Source: Promethearchaeota archaeon
Lineage (GTDB): Archaea > Asgardarchaeota > Lokiarchaeia > Sigyniarchaeales > SOKP01
Assembly (NCBI GenBank): GCA_048941265.1
Contig: JBHLNT010000008.1
Coordinates: 1,260 to 65,259 of the forward strand
Length of the DNA stretch: 64,000 nucleotides
Direction: 5' to 3'
Positions 35,164 to 44,921 of this stretch are shown here, piece by piece; position 1 is the first letter of the stretch, and each line of letters starts with the position of its first letter. The notes beneath the pieces are model-generated. The model saw only the letters and a program-made list of their open reading frames with translations. It was not told the origin of the DNA and ran no database searches. Both the position numbers and the translations under genes were made by a program.

Positions 35164-36474
35164 TTATATGTCTAATTTTATTTGACCGTATGTACCCCCT
35201 CCACCAGGCATGTAATTAATTTCATCATTTCTGAATGCTTTAATTACATTTGCCACATCTTTATCAATCTTTTCAATTGTATTAATAGGCATATCAATTA
35301 ATATATCTAATTCTTTACCCAATTTAGCTATTAGATCATCATAAGTTTTTAATACAGTTTTACTTGAAGTACTTTTAATACCCTTAACTGAACGAATTAT
35401 ATCTATCAAGGGAATGGCATTAATATAATTTGGTCGATGATCAGGATGTTTTGGAGCTTTATAATTTGAAATTACATCAATTCTTTCACTTACACCCAAT
35501 TTTAGCTTAAAATCTTTTTTTAATTCATCTTTACAAGCTGGACATATCATTTTGTTTACTGAAACTTGCTCAATATACTGCTGTTTCATAGAAGTAGGAT
35601 CATTTGAGTAAAAAATTACAAAATTCTCTGTTGACTTATATTGCGAAAATCCGAAATCAAGACCTTTCTTCGCTTTTTTAAATAAAATTCTCCTTCTACA
35701 TTTGTTGCAAAACATAGTATAATATTTTCCAAGTTTCGGATGCAATCCTACATTTAACGTGATTTTTCTCCCGTTTTTTCTTGTTATTGCTAAAAAAATC
35801 TCATCAAAAGAGGGATTGTCAATGTCAAATTTATTGAATTCTCGACCTAATGAGCGAGGATCTTGAGAGTGAGCATCACTATTACTTAAAAATGAGATAT
35901 CTTTTAAATCATCCATTCTATCTGCTAAATCGGTATTCGCGGAAAGTCCTAATTCGAGAAAATGAACTTTTTCAACTGCATCTTCATAACAATCTTTTAA
36001 CGTTTTGAATTTATTTTGACGAAATATTGCTTTAAATGGTGTAAAAGCATGAGCAGGTCCGATTATACCACCAGAATCACTTATTTTATCAACTAATTCA
36101 GCTGGAGATAAATTAACTCTAGGACGACCGCCCCATTTATCAAGAATATTCTTCGATGAGGGATCTAATTTTTTTTGAACTTCTTTTACAGCAGCAAAAT
36201 CAGGAAATAGAACCACTTGGTGGATACTTTCTTGATCCTCTATTTCAGTTTGTAAAACAAAAAAAACATCTTTATAAAAATAAGCACCATCCTTATCTTT
36301 TTTAAGGTTTGATTCCAAATATTTTAACCAATCTGGTTGTAAAACATCTCCCGTACCTAATATATTCAAATCCTTTTTCTGGCAGGTTTCTAACATTGTA
36401 TCAAGATTAAGGTTTTTCGATACTGCAATCGAATAAGGACTGTGAATGTGAAGATCCGCATTATAGATTTTCAT
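35164..36474 (-). CDS. PHP-domain protein, endonuclease Q-like
   Basis: It has the N-terminal ADLHIHSPYS PHP motif, later GPAHAFTP and NSDAHS, plus an internal zinc finger (CNKCRRR...CPACKD). Size and layout match archaeal EndoQ as I recall it. Confidence 0.65.
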   Translation of the reverse strand: MKIYNADLHIHSPYSIAVSKNLNLDTMLETCQKKDLNILGTGDVLQPDWLKYLESNLKKDKDGAYFYKDVFFVLQTEIEDQESIHQVVLFPDFAAVKEVQKKLDPSSKNILDKWGGRPRVNLSPAELVDKISDSGGIIGPAHAFTPFKAIFRQNKFKTLKDCYEDAVEKVHFLELGLSANTDLADRMDDLKDISFLSNSDAHSQDPRSLGREFNKFDIDNPSFDEIFLAITRKNGRKITLNVGLHPKLGKYYTMFCNKCRRRILFKKAKKGLDFGFSQYKSTENFVIFYSNDPTSMKQQYIEQVSVNKMICPACKDELKKDFKLKLGVSERIDVISNYKAPKHPDHRPNYINAIPLIDIIRSVKGIKSTSSKTVLKTYDDLIAKLGKELDILIDMPINTIEKIDKDVANVIKAFRNDEINYMPGGGGTYGQIKLDI

Positions 36475-36536
36475 AATTACTCAATAATTTAAAAAAACAA
36501 TTTAATAAAAAGTTTAGACTGAAAATTATTAATAAA

Positions 36537-37643
36537 TTAAGAAACTTTAAGCTTCCATTTGGATGCTTCTTTAAAACATTCTTCAGCTTTTTTAAAATCA
36601 TTTCTAATTTTGTAGATGGTACCTAAATTTTTCCAACTTTCAAAATCATTGGGGGTTAAATCTAAGGCTTTTTCATAACACTTGATAGCATTATCATAAT
36701 CTTTTTTATTTTGATACACATTTCCTAAGCTTTTCCAGACTGATGAGTAATCTGGATTTAATTCTATGGATTTTTTATAATATTTAATGGCATTATCATA
36801 CATATTTAATTTACTATAGCTAAAAGCAATATTCTCATATAGTGCATCATCATCGGGGTCAAGCCTTAGTGCTTCCTTATAATATTTAATGGATTTTTTA
36901 AATTCTTCAATAAAGGTATAGGAGAGTCCTAACCCATTCCATGCTTCAATAATATAAAAATCAAATTCAATTGCTTTTTTGTAGCATTTAATTGACTCTT
37001 CAAAATTATTCATATCATAATATAAGTTTCCTAACTTATTCCAAATTTTTGCATCATCAGGTTTTAATTCAAGAGCAAGTCGATAATAGTGAATGATTTC
37101 TTCGTAATTTTCCATATCATAATAGAGTTGTGCGAGATTTTGTATGATGAAAATATTATCAGGGTCAATCTTAAGCGCTTTTTCAAAATTTAGTATAGCC
37201 TCGTCATACATCTCTTTTTCCTTGTAAATAAGGGCGATATTATTAAGGGCATCTATATATGTAGGATCTAATTCTAAAGCTCTTTTATAATAATTAATTG
37301 CTTCATCAAAATCTTCATCGTCTTCATATGAATATCCAATGTTATAAAACACTATAGCATCGTCAGGAGAAAGTTTTAAGGCATTTTTATAGCACTCAAT
37401 TGCTTTCTTATTATCCCCGTTATAAGAATACATTAACGCTATGTTGTTCCAGACTTCACTTGAATATGGGTCTAGTTCTGAAGCTTTTTTATAACAATTT
37501 AATGCATTGGAATAGTCAGATTCTTCAAAATAAACATCTCCTAAATTTAGCCAAGCGTCAAGGTCTTCTGGATCAAGGTTTACATAATGCTTATAGCGTT
37601 CAATTTTTTTCATTATCTCTAAATTTTGAAATGAATTATACAA
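36537..37643 (-). CDS. tetratricopeptide repeat (TPR) protein
   Basis: ~10 consecutive 34-aa repeats with the W-x2-LG-x2-Y...A-x3-Y-x-KAL-x-L-x-P pattern. Confidence 0.9.
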   Translation of the reverse strand: MYNSFQNLEIMKKIERYKHYVNLDPEDLDAWLNLGDVYFEESDYSNALNCYKKASELDPYSSEVWNNIALMYSYNGDNKKAIECYKNALKLSPDDAIVFYNIGYSYEDDEDFDEAINYYKRALELDPTYIDALNNIALIYKEKEMYDEAILNFEKALKIDPDNIFIIQNLAQLYYDMENYEEIIHYYRLALELKPDDAKIWNKLGNLYYDMNNFEESIKCYKKAIEFDFYIIEAWNGLGLSYTFIEEFKKSIKYYKEALRLDPDDDALYENIAFSYSKLNMYDNAIKYYKKSIELNPDYSSVWKSLGNVYQNKKDYDNAIKCYEKALDLTPNDFESWKNLGTIYKIRNDFKKAEECFKEASKWKLKVS

Positions 37644-37725
37644 AATAAGTTTATTTCTATACTAAATTTCCATTCTTAGAGATTTTATTTAAAAATAAGA
37701 AAGGAGGTAGTTTTAAAAATTATAC

Positions 37726-37914
37726 TTAATCATAGCCTAATAGATATATACAGTTCACTAGGTTAAATTCTTCGATCCTGAAATCCATATTTGGATGTTT
37801 ATCTGAATAATTTATTCTTGGTAATGGCATTTTTATTACGAGTTTTTGCTCGTCTAGCCAAAAATTATCATAAAACATTCCATCCTTTTTGTCAAAATCT
37901 ATAAATTTACCCAA
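37726..37914 (-). CDS. small protein of unknown function (paralog of 38393..38578)
   Basis: 62 aa. TTG start with GGAGGTG 6 nt upstream. It shares FYDN.WLD.QK.VIK.PL....F.L.N...LL.Y with the paralog. Confidence 0.55.
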   Translation of the reverse strand: MGKFIDFDKKDGMFYDNFWLDEQKLVIKMPLPRINYSDKHPNMDFRIEEFNLVNCIYLLGYD

Positions 37915-38220
37915 TAAAACACCTCCATAATTCTTTTTTTATATTCTTTTAATATTTTTTAATTATTTTCATTTTCATTAGTAGTACTCAAAAGCCAAGC
38001 TCATTTTTTTATTACTTCTTAATAACCATATCTTTTTTTCTTTTTTTTTTCAACCTCCAAATTTTTAATTTTAAATTTATTTGTGATTTAAGTTTTAAAT
38101 TGATTAAAAACATTCCAATCTTCTAATTTCTTTTTTTTTCCACCTCAGTTATATTTAAAGATTTTAGTTTTATTTTTTAATTTTAATTATATTAAGATCA
38201 CTTAGTGCATTTTCATATTT

Positions 38221-38290
38221 AAATGTTTACTTTTTGTCTGCAAAAGTTGTGCAAATGTTTGCTTTTTATCTGCAAAAGTTGTGCAAATGT
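38221..38290. repeat. 32-nt tandem direct repeat, 2.2 copies
   Basis: Unit AAATGTTTACTTTTTGTCTGCAAAAGTTGTGC occupies 38221..38252. It is repeated at 38253..38284 with 2 mismatches, then followed by AAATGT. Confidence 0.8.
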
Positions 38291-38392
38291 CCAAATCAAA
38301 AATTAGTAAGATCAGGAATTATAATAAAAAAAATTTAGAAAAAACCTAAAAAATAAAGTATGGATTAAAATAGTGCTAATTGAGATATTTAG

Positions 38393-38578
38393 TTATTCGT
38401 AGGCTAAAAGAAATACTTTATTTGCTAAATTAAACCTCTCCACTTCAATAGTACTTTTCAAATCTTTTTTATCTTTTTTTTCTAGAAGTGGAATTTTGAT
38501 TACGATTTTTTGATCATCTAGCCAAATATTATCGTAAAAAACTTTAAGAGTTTTATCAAAATTGAGGAACTTTTTCAA
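38393..38578 (-). CDS. small protein of unknown function (paralog of 37726..37914)
   Basis: 61 aa. TTG start with AGGTGA 5 nt upstream. Confidence 0.55.
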   Translation of the reverse strand: MKKFLNFDKTLKVFYDNIWLDDQKIVIKIPLLEKKDKKDLKSTIEVERFNLANKVFLLAYE

Positions 38579-38622
38579 TTAAATCACCTTTTATATACTT
38601 GTTATTAAATTTTAAGAATAAT

Positions 38623-38835
38623 TTATGAACGACTATCAATTATATTAGTAAGAAAATAGAGAGTTTGTTCTTTTTCTTTTTCTGTTGCTTTTCTTATGTG
38701 GGTTGACTTACAAATTCCGCAAAATCCTTGATCTATGTGATTATAAGCACCACATTTATCACAAATATTTTTTAAATGTTTGTAGCTTTGCTTTCTAGCT
38801 CTTTCGCATTTTTTTAAAATACTCAAATAAATCAT
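38623..38835 (-). CDS. small zinc-ribbon protein
   Basis: 70 aa with CDKCGAYNHIDQGFCGICKS. Confidence 0.45.
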   Translation of the reverse strand: MIYLSILKKCERARKQSYKHLKNICDKCGAYNHIDQGFCGICKSTHIRKATEKEKEQTLYFLTNIIDSRS

Positions 38836-39000
38836 CTCTTTTTTTGTCTTATAATATATTATAAAATATCAGAATAAAAGCGTAATCGACATAATATAGA
38901 GAGAGATATAGAGAGATTTTAGAGATATATAGAATATAGAGATGGCATTATTTTGAATTTCTCCTTATTAGAAAATATTAGAAAATAATATAAAATAATA

Positions 39001-40044
39001 TCAACCATTAAGAACAATCATTCTATCCCGAATTTGGTCGCCCAATAAAATACGATAATATTTCTCTTTATCTTTAAACATAACTTTTTCTAATTTTCCT
39101 TCAACTAATACTTTTTCTCCTGTTATAGCGTGCTCACAAAATCTCCCTCGAAAAGAGCTAATCTTTTCAAGAGGGAATTCATCGCTATTGTTGAAAAGCG
39201 GATTACTAGTTAAGATCTTAACTGGATTTATTTTATATTCACATGGTGTAAAAATAGAATCCGTGGAATCAGTAATCTCAGCTGTTAATTTCAATCTTCC
39301 GCAATCAGTATATTTAAAGTCATAAAAATTTCCTTTCCAGTCTTCAGGGTTTTTTATGTATCTAATGAAAAAATCAGTGTTGAAAAATTTTCCTTGATGG
39401 AGTTTTCTTTTCTCACTTCTCATGAAATCTTTAAAAGATAAACTCGAACCACCAGCCCGCCAATTGAAATGACGTTGAAATTCTTCTATGTTATACTTTC
39501 TGCAACTATTTGATTTTTCAAGAATATTTTCTAGCTTTTCCTGAAAAGCTAAACTTGTTTTTGTTCCATATATAATTAAGTCAATATCCGAATTTTCATT
39601 AGCTAGGCTAACCATAGGCGATCCTGTGATCCCAATTGCATTCTTGGGAATATTTCCTTTATTAATAAAGACTTCGCATAATTCTTTGCAATATTCTTCT
39701 AGTCTAGTCAAATTGACTTTTCTACATATTCGTTTGAAGTAATCTTTTGGGGAATACATTTTTTTTATATCCTTAATTTCAACTCCTTGTACTTCTAAAT
39801 CGAGCTCTTCGGAAAAGAAAATGTATTTTGGAAATCTTTCTTTCAAAAAGGTGTACCGCTCTTTAATATTATAAATTTTCTTATACAGTATATTTTTTCT
39901 TACGCGGTCGCCCTCCTTATCGGGATAAAATCTAATGAAACAGATTTTACGATCATTAGGATGCAATAGCCCCTTTACATCAAATATCAGGTTATCCTTT
40001 TTAGTTTCAATGTAATCTCCTTCAATACCATAAAATGGGTCCAT
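39001..40044 (-). CDS. predicted Pol-beta-superfamily nucleotidyltransferase with C-terminal OB-like region
   Basis: GITGSPMVSLANENSDIDLIIYG matches the G[SG]...D.D nucleotidyltransferase signature. The rest is not recognisable. Confidence 0.55.
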   Translation of the reverse strand: MDPFYGIEGDYIETKKDNLIFDVKGLLHPNDRKICFIRFYPDKEGDRVRKNILYKKIYNIKERYTFLKERFPKYIFFSEELDLEVQGVEIKDIKKMYSPKDYFKRICRKVNLTRLEEYCKELCEVFINKGNIPKNAIGITGSPMVSLANENSDIDLIIYGTKTSLAFQEKLENILEKSNSCRKYNIEEFQRHFNWRAGGSSLSFKDFMRSEKRKLHQGKFFNTDFFIRYIKNPEDWKGNFYDFKYTDCGRLKLTAEITDSTDSIFTPCEYKINPVKILTSNPLFNNSDEFPLEKISSFRGRFCEHAITGEKVLVEGKLEKVMFKDKEKYYRILLGDQIRDRMIVLNG

Positions 40045-40082
40045 AGACTTTTCACATTAATTTATGAAGTATATACAGGCTT

Positions 40083-40697
40083 TCATTTTCTTGAATTTTT
40101 CTGCATGGTTCCAAAAACTAAAAAGTTGGTGATATTTTCTATTAATTCTTGTTCATCCAATTCAAAGTCAGTACGCGTCCACCATCGAAAAATCTCAAGC
40201 AACGAAGATGTCCAAACTCTTGCGGTAACCTGAGCGTTCTGTATCCTTGTTGCCTTTAGATCCACGAGTTTTTGGATGATTTTCTCTACCTCTTTTGCGA
40301 ACTTCTCTTGGTATTCATTTTTTTTGTTTTTAAATTCCTTATTTATACCCCCCATTTGTTCAATATATATAAGTGCAATTCTCCTCTTTTTTTTAAAAAT
40401 TTTGAAGTAAGTGGTAATTAAATCTTTAACGAATGATATTGGAGGTATATCTATAACTTGTAATTTTTGCAATTCTTTTACCATTAAAGTATAAAATTGA
40501 TCTATGACCACTTCGAAAATTTTTTCTTTAGAATCAAAATATCGATAAAAATTTCCTACTGAAGTACCTGCTTCCTCTGTGATATCTTTTACTCGTGTAT
40601 TGTGATACCCTTTTTGTTCAAAAACTTTAATTGCGCTGTCTATATATTTATTATATCTTCGTTCTTTTTTATTTGCAATAGTTCTTGAATTTGACAT
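40083..40697 (-). CDS. TetR-family transcriptional regulator
   Basis: N-terminal HTH AIKVFEQKGYHNTRVKDITEEAGTSVGNFYRYFDSKEKIF. Confidence 0.9.
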   Translation of the reverse strand: MSNSRTIANKKERRYNKYIDSAIKVFEQKGYHNTRVKDITEEAGTSVGNFYRYFDSKEKIFEVVIDQFYTLMVKELQKLQVIDIPPISFVKDLITTYFKIFKKKRRIALIYIEQMGGINKEFKNKKNEYQEKFAKEVEKIIQKLVDLKATRIQNAQVTARVWTSSLLEIFRWWTRTDFELDEQELIENITNFLVFGTMQKNSRK

Positions 40698-40729
40698 CTT
40701 ATATTCTATGTTCTTTTAATCCAAGTTAA

Positions 40730-42733
40730 CTATCCTATGATAAGGCTCTGATCATAGAAGTCGGTTATTCTATCTTCTATTACCAACACATCTGCGGTAT
40801 TTGCGTATAATTTATCTATCCAAGGTTTTAAATCTTCATAAATTTTATTACGTTTAAATTTATAGGTAGGAGTTAGATAATCCTCGTCAGCTTGAAAATC
40901 CTTACAACTAATTAGAACTTTCTTTGGAATCATATAATCGGATACTTCTTCTAGCATTTCATTAATTTCTTGCTTGATAATATTTTGAATGTTCTCATTT
41001 TTAACTAAGTCTCCAAAATTTGTATAATTTATCCCATTTTCATCAGCGAATTTTCTAAGGGGTTCCCAATAAGGACAAACAATACAAGTTAAAAATTTTC
41101 TAGAATCATCTCCAATTAAGATAATCTGAGCAATCTTTCTTGAAGCAGGAACAATTAAGTTCTCTACTGCTGCCGGACTAATCATTTTCCCCGTTTGCAG
41201 CTTTACTACTACTTTAGCGCGTCCTTTAATACGCACATAGCCATTTTCATCGATCTCAGCTAAGTCTCCTGTATGAAGCCACCCCTCTTTGTCTAAAGCG
41301 ATCTCAGTTAGTTTTGGCTTCTGCCAATAACCCTTCATAACCATTGGTCCGCGAATTAATAATTCCCCATCAGGAGTAAGTTTTTGCTCCACTGGTTCAT
41401 ATGGATTATCTGAAATATCTATAGTAGGGCCTATTGAGCCAAGCTGAGTATACTCATCGATTTTTTTATCAATTTTAGGATGATAATCTGAATTATATGA
41501 AGTCCTAAGTAAATGAGTTACAGGTGAAGTTTCTGTCAAACCATACCCTTCAATGAGGTTAAATTTGAACATATTAAAGAAAACCAACAATTCCGGAGAA
41601 ATTGCAGCCGATCCACTTATCATTAGTTTTAACTTTCCTCCAAAATTTTTATTAAGCACCATTCGAACGACATTTCCTAAGAGAGTGAACTTGAGTCTTA
41701 ATGCTAGGGGAGGTTTTTTACCTTCCATTTTATATTCAGAATATTCTCTTCCCATTGCTTCTGTTTTATTAAAGATATTTTGAATCTTTTCTGGTTTTGT
41801 AGCCACAGTTTCAAGAACTATATTGTAGATTTTTTGGAACAAATAGGGAATCCCAACTATCATGGTTGGTTTAAACTCTAATAATGCTTTTCGAATCATC
41901 TCTGGATCCAATTTTTCAACAATACTCATTGTTGCACCAACGTAAAGGATACAATACTCATTTACACATCGCCCAAAGGAATGAGCTAGAGGTAATAGTG
42001 ATAAAAAGTCCATTTCCCAAGGTTTTTCTCCTTTTCGTAGAGTTGCCGTAGAAGATATTGCAAGATATGCATCTGATAAGAAGTTTTTATGCGTTAACAT
42101 AACACCCTTAGGGATTCCTGTAGTACCTGACGTATAAATAAGACTTGCTAGGTCCCCTTCTTCGATATTGGAAACTGTCTCTAAAAATTTCTTTGGATTA
42201 TCCTGATTATACAGTTTACCCTCACTGATTAATTTAGAAAAAGATATGATATTTTCTTTTACTAATGCATTGTCAAATTCATCAATGACAATAATATATC
42301 TTAAATCAGGTAAATTATTTTCAATTACTAAAATTTTCTCAAGATTTTCTTGTTCATCTACTATAATAGCTTTCGCTCCTGAGTCTTTTAAAATATATTC
42401 TATTTCCTTAGGTTTTAAAGTAGGATAGATTGCAACATTACAGGCACCTAAAGATTGTATTCCTAAATCACTATAAATCCATTCAATTTGGGTATGACTA
42501 CATAGCGCAATCATATCTTTTTTTTTAAGTCCTAAGGAAGTTAAACCGCCAAATACAGCGCGCATCATATTTCCTAAATCTTTATAAGTTATCGATTCTA
42601 CAGTTTTACCATCCTCTCTAAACCAGCGAGCTGCGGTTCTTCTTCCATATTTTTTTATTGAATATAATACCATCTGAGCCAAATTTTCAAATTTCTTAAT
42701 ATTTAGATATTTATTCCATTTATTTTTAGTCAT
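40730..42733 (-). CDS. long-chain acyl-CoA synthetase (AMP-forming)
   Basis: AMP-binding motif I YTSGTTGIPKGVMLTH, then EGYGLTE and GWLHTGD. GGAGG SD. Confidence 0.9.
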   Translation of the reverse strand: MTKNKWNKYLNIKKFENLAQMVLYSIKKYGRRTAARWFREDGKTVESITYKDLGNMMRAVFGGLTSLGLKKKDMIALCSHTQIEWIYSDLGIQSLGACNVAIYPTLKPKEIEYILKDSGAKAIIVDEQENLEKILVIENNLPDLRYIIVIDEFDNALVKENIISFSKLISEGKLYNQDNPKKFLETVSNIEEGDLASLIYTSGTTGIPKGVMLTHKNFLSDAYLAISSTATLRKGEKPWEMDFLSLLPLAHSFGRCVNEYCILYVGATMSIVEKLDPEMIRKALLEFKPTMIVGIPYLFQKIYNIVLETVATKPEKIQNIFNKTEAMGREYSEYKMEGKKPPLALRLKFTLLGNVVRMVLNKNFGGKLKLMISGSAAISPELLVFFNMFKFNLIEGYGLTETSPVTHLLRTSYNSDYHPKIDKKIDEYTQLGSIGPTIDISDNPYEPVEQKLTPDGELLIRGPMVMKGYWQKPKLTEIALDKEGWLHTGDLAEIDENGYVRIKGRAKVVVKLQTGKMISPAAVENLIVPASRKIAQIILIGDDSRKFLTCIVCPYWEPLRKFADENGINYTNFGDLVKNENIQNIIKQEINEMLEEVSDYMIPKKVLISCKDFQADEDYLTPTYKFKRNKIYEDLKPWIDKLYANTADVLVIEDRITDFYDQSLIIG

Positions 42734-42753
42734 AATTTATTCCTCCATAATAA

Positions 42754-43470
42754 TTAAGGTTTTAATGCAAGATATGTACACCAAGCACAAAATATCATGC
42801 CAAGTCTTACAATATATAATATTCCGAATACACTTGCATTTATAAATGCGTCAAAAACAGCAACAACTACAAATAAAAAGAAAGTAATTGTGAAATATAA
42901 AAATCTTTTACGAATTTCACCTGTAGATTTGATTGCCATATTGAGAGCACCGAATCCGTTAAAAATTAAAATGAATGTGAGAAAAATACTAATCAAGATA
43001 AATGAAGGAGACAAATAAATGAATTGAGAATCAATTAAATCCCCTTTATTTTCAGTGAAAGTAAAAGTATTTTCCCGATCTAAAATAAGGATAATTGTAA
43101 ATATTATTGCTAAAGGGATAAATAGCGAAAATAAGATCTTTTTCTTTTCAGGTGCTAATAATTCAGAGCCAACATAAATTCCACATAAAAAACTTGGACC
43201 AACCCAAATATAAGAAAGTACACCATACATACTTATATCAAAATAATAAGAAATATGATGACTTGTTATCAAAACTAATAAAAAATCTGTAGTTGGGCCA
43301 AGCCATAACAGTCCTGTAAAAAAACCCATTCCAGCTCCCCATTTCAATAATTTTGAATCTAATTTTACTGCTCTTATATAAAATCCTATTGCCAAAGAAA
43401 CACATAAAATTACAACTAATAACGCAGTACAACCATCAAGATATCCATTTAATCCAAGCAAATAGATCAC
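42754..43470 (-). CDS. polytopic membrane protein
   Basis: 238 aa with ~7 hydrophobic segments. GTG start. No motif seen. Confidence 0.65.
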   Translation of the reverse strand: MIYLLGLNGYLDGCTALLVVILCVSLAIGFYIRAVKLDSKLLKWGAGMGFFTGLLWLGPTTDFLLVLITSHHISYYFDISMYGVLSYIWVGPSFLCGIYVGSELLAPEKKKILFSLFIPLAIIFTIILILDRENTFTFTENKGDLIDSQFIYLSPSFILISIFLTFILIFNGFGALNMAIKSTGEIRKRFLYFTITFFLFVVVAVFDAFINASVFGILYIVRLGMIFCAWCTYLALKP

Positions 43471-43856
43471 AGTTTTCTATACTTTTTTGTAAAGAGTGAA
43501 CCGCTATTCATTTTTTAATTTAAATATTTGTCTGTAATCTATTTAAATATTCCTCTTTAAGAAAACCATTTAAAAAATGCAATTTCAATTTCATAAGTAA
43601 AATACCTATTTTTTTTTAATCTTAAGAGTGAAAGACTATTTAGGCATAAAAAAAATTAAGCCCAAACTCCTCTATAATTTGGGATTATGGAAAAACATTA
43701 TTTAACGATGAAAATTTCTCTTTACATGCTCCTGATATTCCATTTAAAGAGGAAGAACTTAATTTTTTAAAGATTTTTTAATGAACCAAATTTTGAGCAA
43801 TTTTAATAACCTATGAAATCTAAAGTATAATTATTAGTTCCTTAGATTTTCTATAT

Positions 43857-44807
43857 TTATTTATGAATATTTTTTCTTAAATCTCCCAAAGTAGTAGATA
43901 ATTCAGCATATACATTATGGGGGTGAATAGATTCATAACTTTCAATTTTGAAGTTTATTTTAAAATTATCATCCAAATTCGGGAATTCTCTTGCTATAAA
44001 ATTTTTTGCCATTTCACGGACGACATCTTCAGAAAATAATGGTTTTAAATGGGCACTTCTAACTAATTCAGCTTCTTCTGGTCTTTTTAAAACAGATTGG
44101 ATCCGTCCACTCATAGATTCCTCAATAATATCTATGATATCCAAAACATCAACTTTATGGCTATTTAAATCTTTAATTTGTACGACAATAGTACCTTTTG
44201 ATCTCTGATTATGGGATGAGAAAGGAAGTATATTTATCAATTTTTTCAAGTCTTCTTCAGATATATTAATATCTTTTCTTGATTTAATAACTTCTTCGGC
44301 ATATTCTTGAGACATCTCTTTAGCACATGGACAAACTGTGAGACCAACTGCACTTGCTCCTATGAAATAGTTAAAATCAATTTTTCCGGGTTCCTTCTTT
44401 TCCGCTAATACATAAGAGCTTATATCATAAGATTTTTGAATAGTTCTTTGTTCGCTTTCTCGAACTTGAACTACAATCCTTCCTTTCAGTTTAACTTCTG
44501 CTTTAGTAGTGTATGGATGTTTTTCTAATAAACCTTTTACGATCCTATCAGCAACTTTCTCAATCGTAGGTGTGGGTGTGAAGATCACTTCATTTATAAT
44601 CTCTTCAATTGTTTCAGAAGTTCGTGACATATGAATACCCCGTTGCTGAGCTGGTAGATTGATTAATGCTGAAATTTTCGGATAAAAAGAATATCTTTTA
44701 TTTTCCTGAACAATTTCAACTTTTTTTTCCAAATCAATAATACCAACTTTATCAAGTGCTATATCTAATGACGAGTCAGAATTTTGTAAGTCCGATTTGA
44801 ATGGCAT
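43857..44807 (-). CDS. mptA: GTP cyclohydrolase, FolE2/MptA family (first step of methanopterin/folate pterin synthesis)
   Basis: 316 aa with QRGIHMSR, VCPCAKE and the length typical of the family. Confidence 0.8.
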   Translation of the reverse strand: MPFKSDLQNSDSSLDIALDKVGIIDLEKKVEIVQENKRYSFYPKISALINLPAQQRGIHMSRTSETIEEIINEVIFTPTPTIEKVADRIVKGLLEKHPYTTKAEVKLKGRIVVQVRESEQRTIQKSYDISSYVLAEKKEPGKIDFNYFIGASAVGLTVCPCAKEMSQEYAEEVIKSRKDINISEEDLKKLINILPFSSHNQRSKGTIVVQIKDLNSHKVDVLDIIDIIEESMSGRIQSVLKRPEEAELVRSAHLKPLFSEDVVREMAKNFIAREFPNLDDNFKINFKIESYESIHPHNVYAELSTTLGDLRKNIHK

Positions 44808-44921
44808 ATTTAATTAAGAAAAATTTTTTTTGCTCTAATTTTAAAAAAGATATACCAATTTTAATAATTAATATTCAAATTTATTTTTTTTTCATGCTTA
44901 TCCCCAATATTTTTATAAAAT

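Noticed and set aside
38221-38290. Possible mini-CRISPR array.
   Set aside because: The copies are directly abutting with no spacers. There are only ~2 units, and no cas genes occur anywhere in the window.
38893-38945. ATAGAGA-type low-complexity repeat (ATATAGAGAGAGATATAGAGAGATTTTAGAGATATATAGAATATAGAGATGG) upstream of the 38623..38835 gene.
   Set aside because: It is simple-sequence microsatellite-like DNA in a promoter-sized gap. It may contain TATA-like boxes, but I cannot assign a specific function from sequence alone.
39001-40044. Possible tRNA-Ile2 agmatidine synthetase (TiaS), because of the OB-like C-terminus and archaeal context.
   Set aside because: The N-terminal DDTDS-type kinase motif I associate with TiaS is absent. 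Only a generic Pol-beta nucleotidyltransferase G-S...D-x-D signature is visible.
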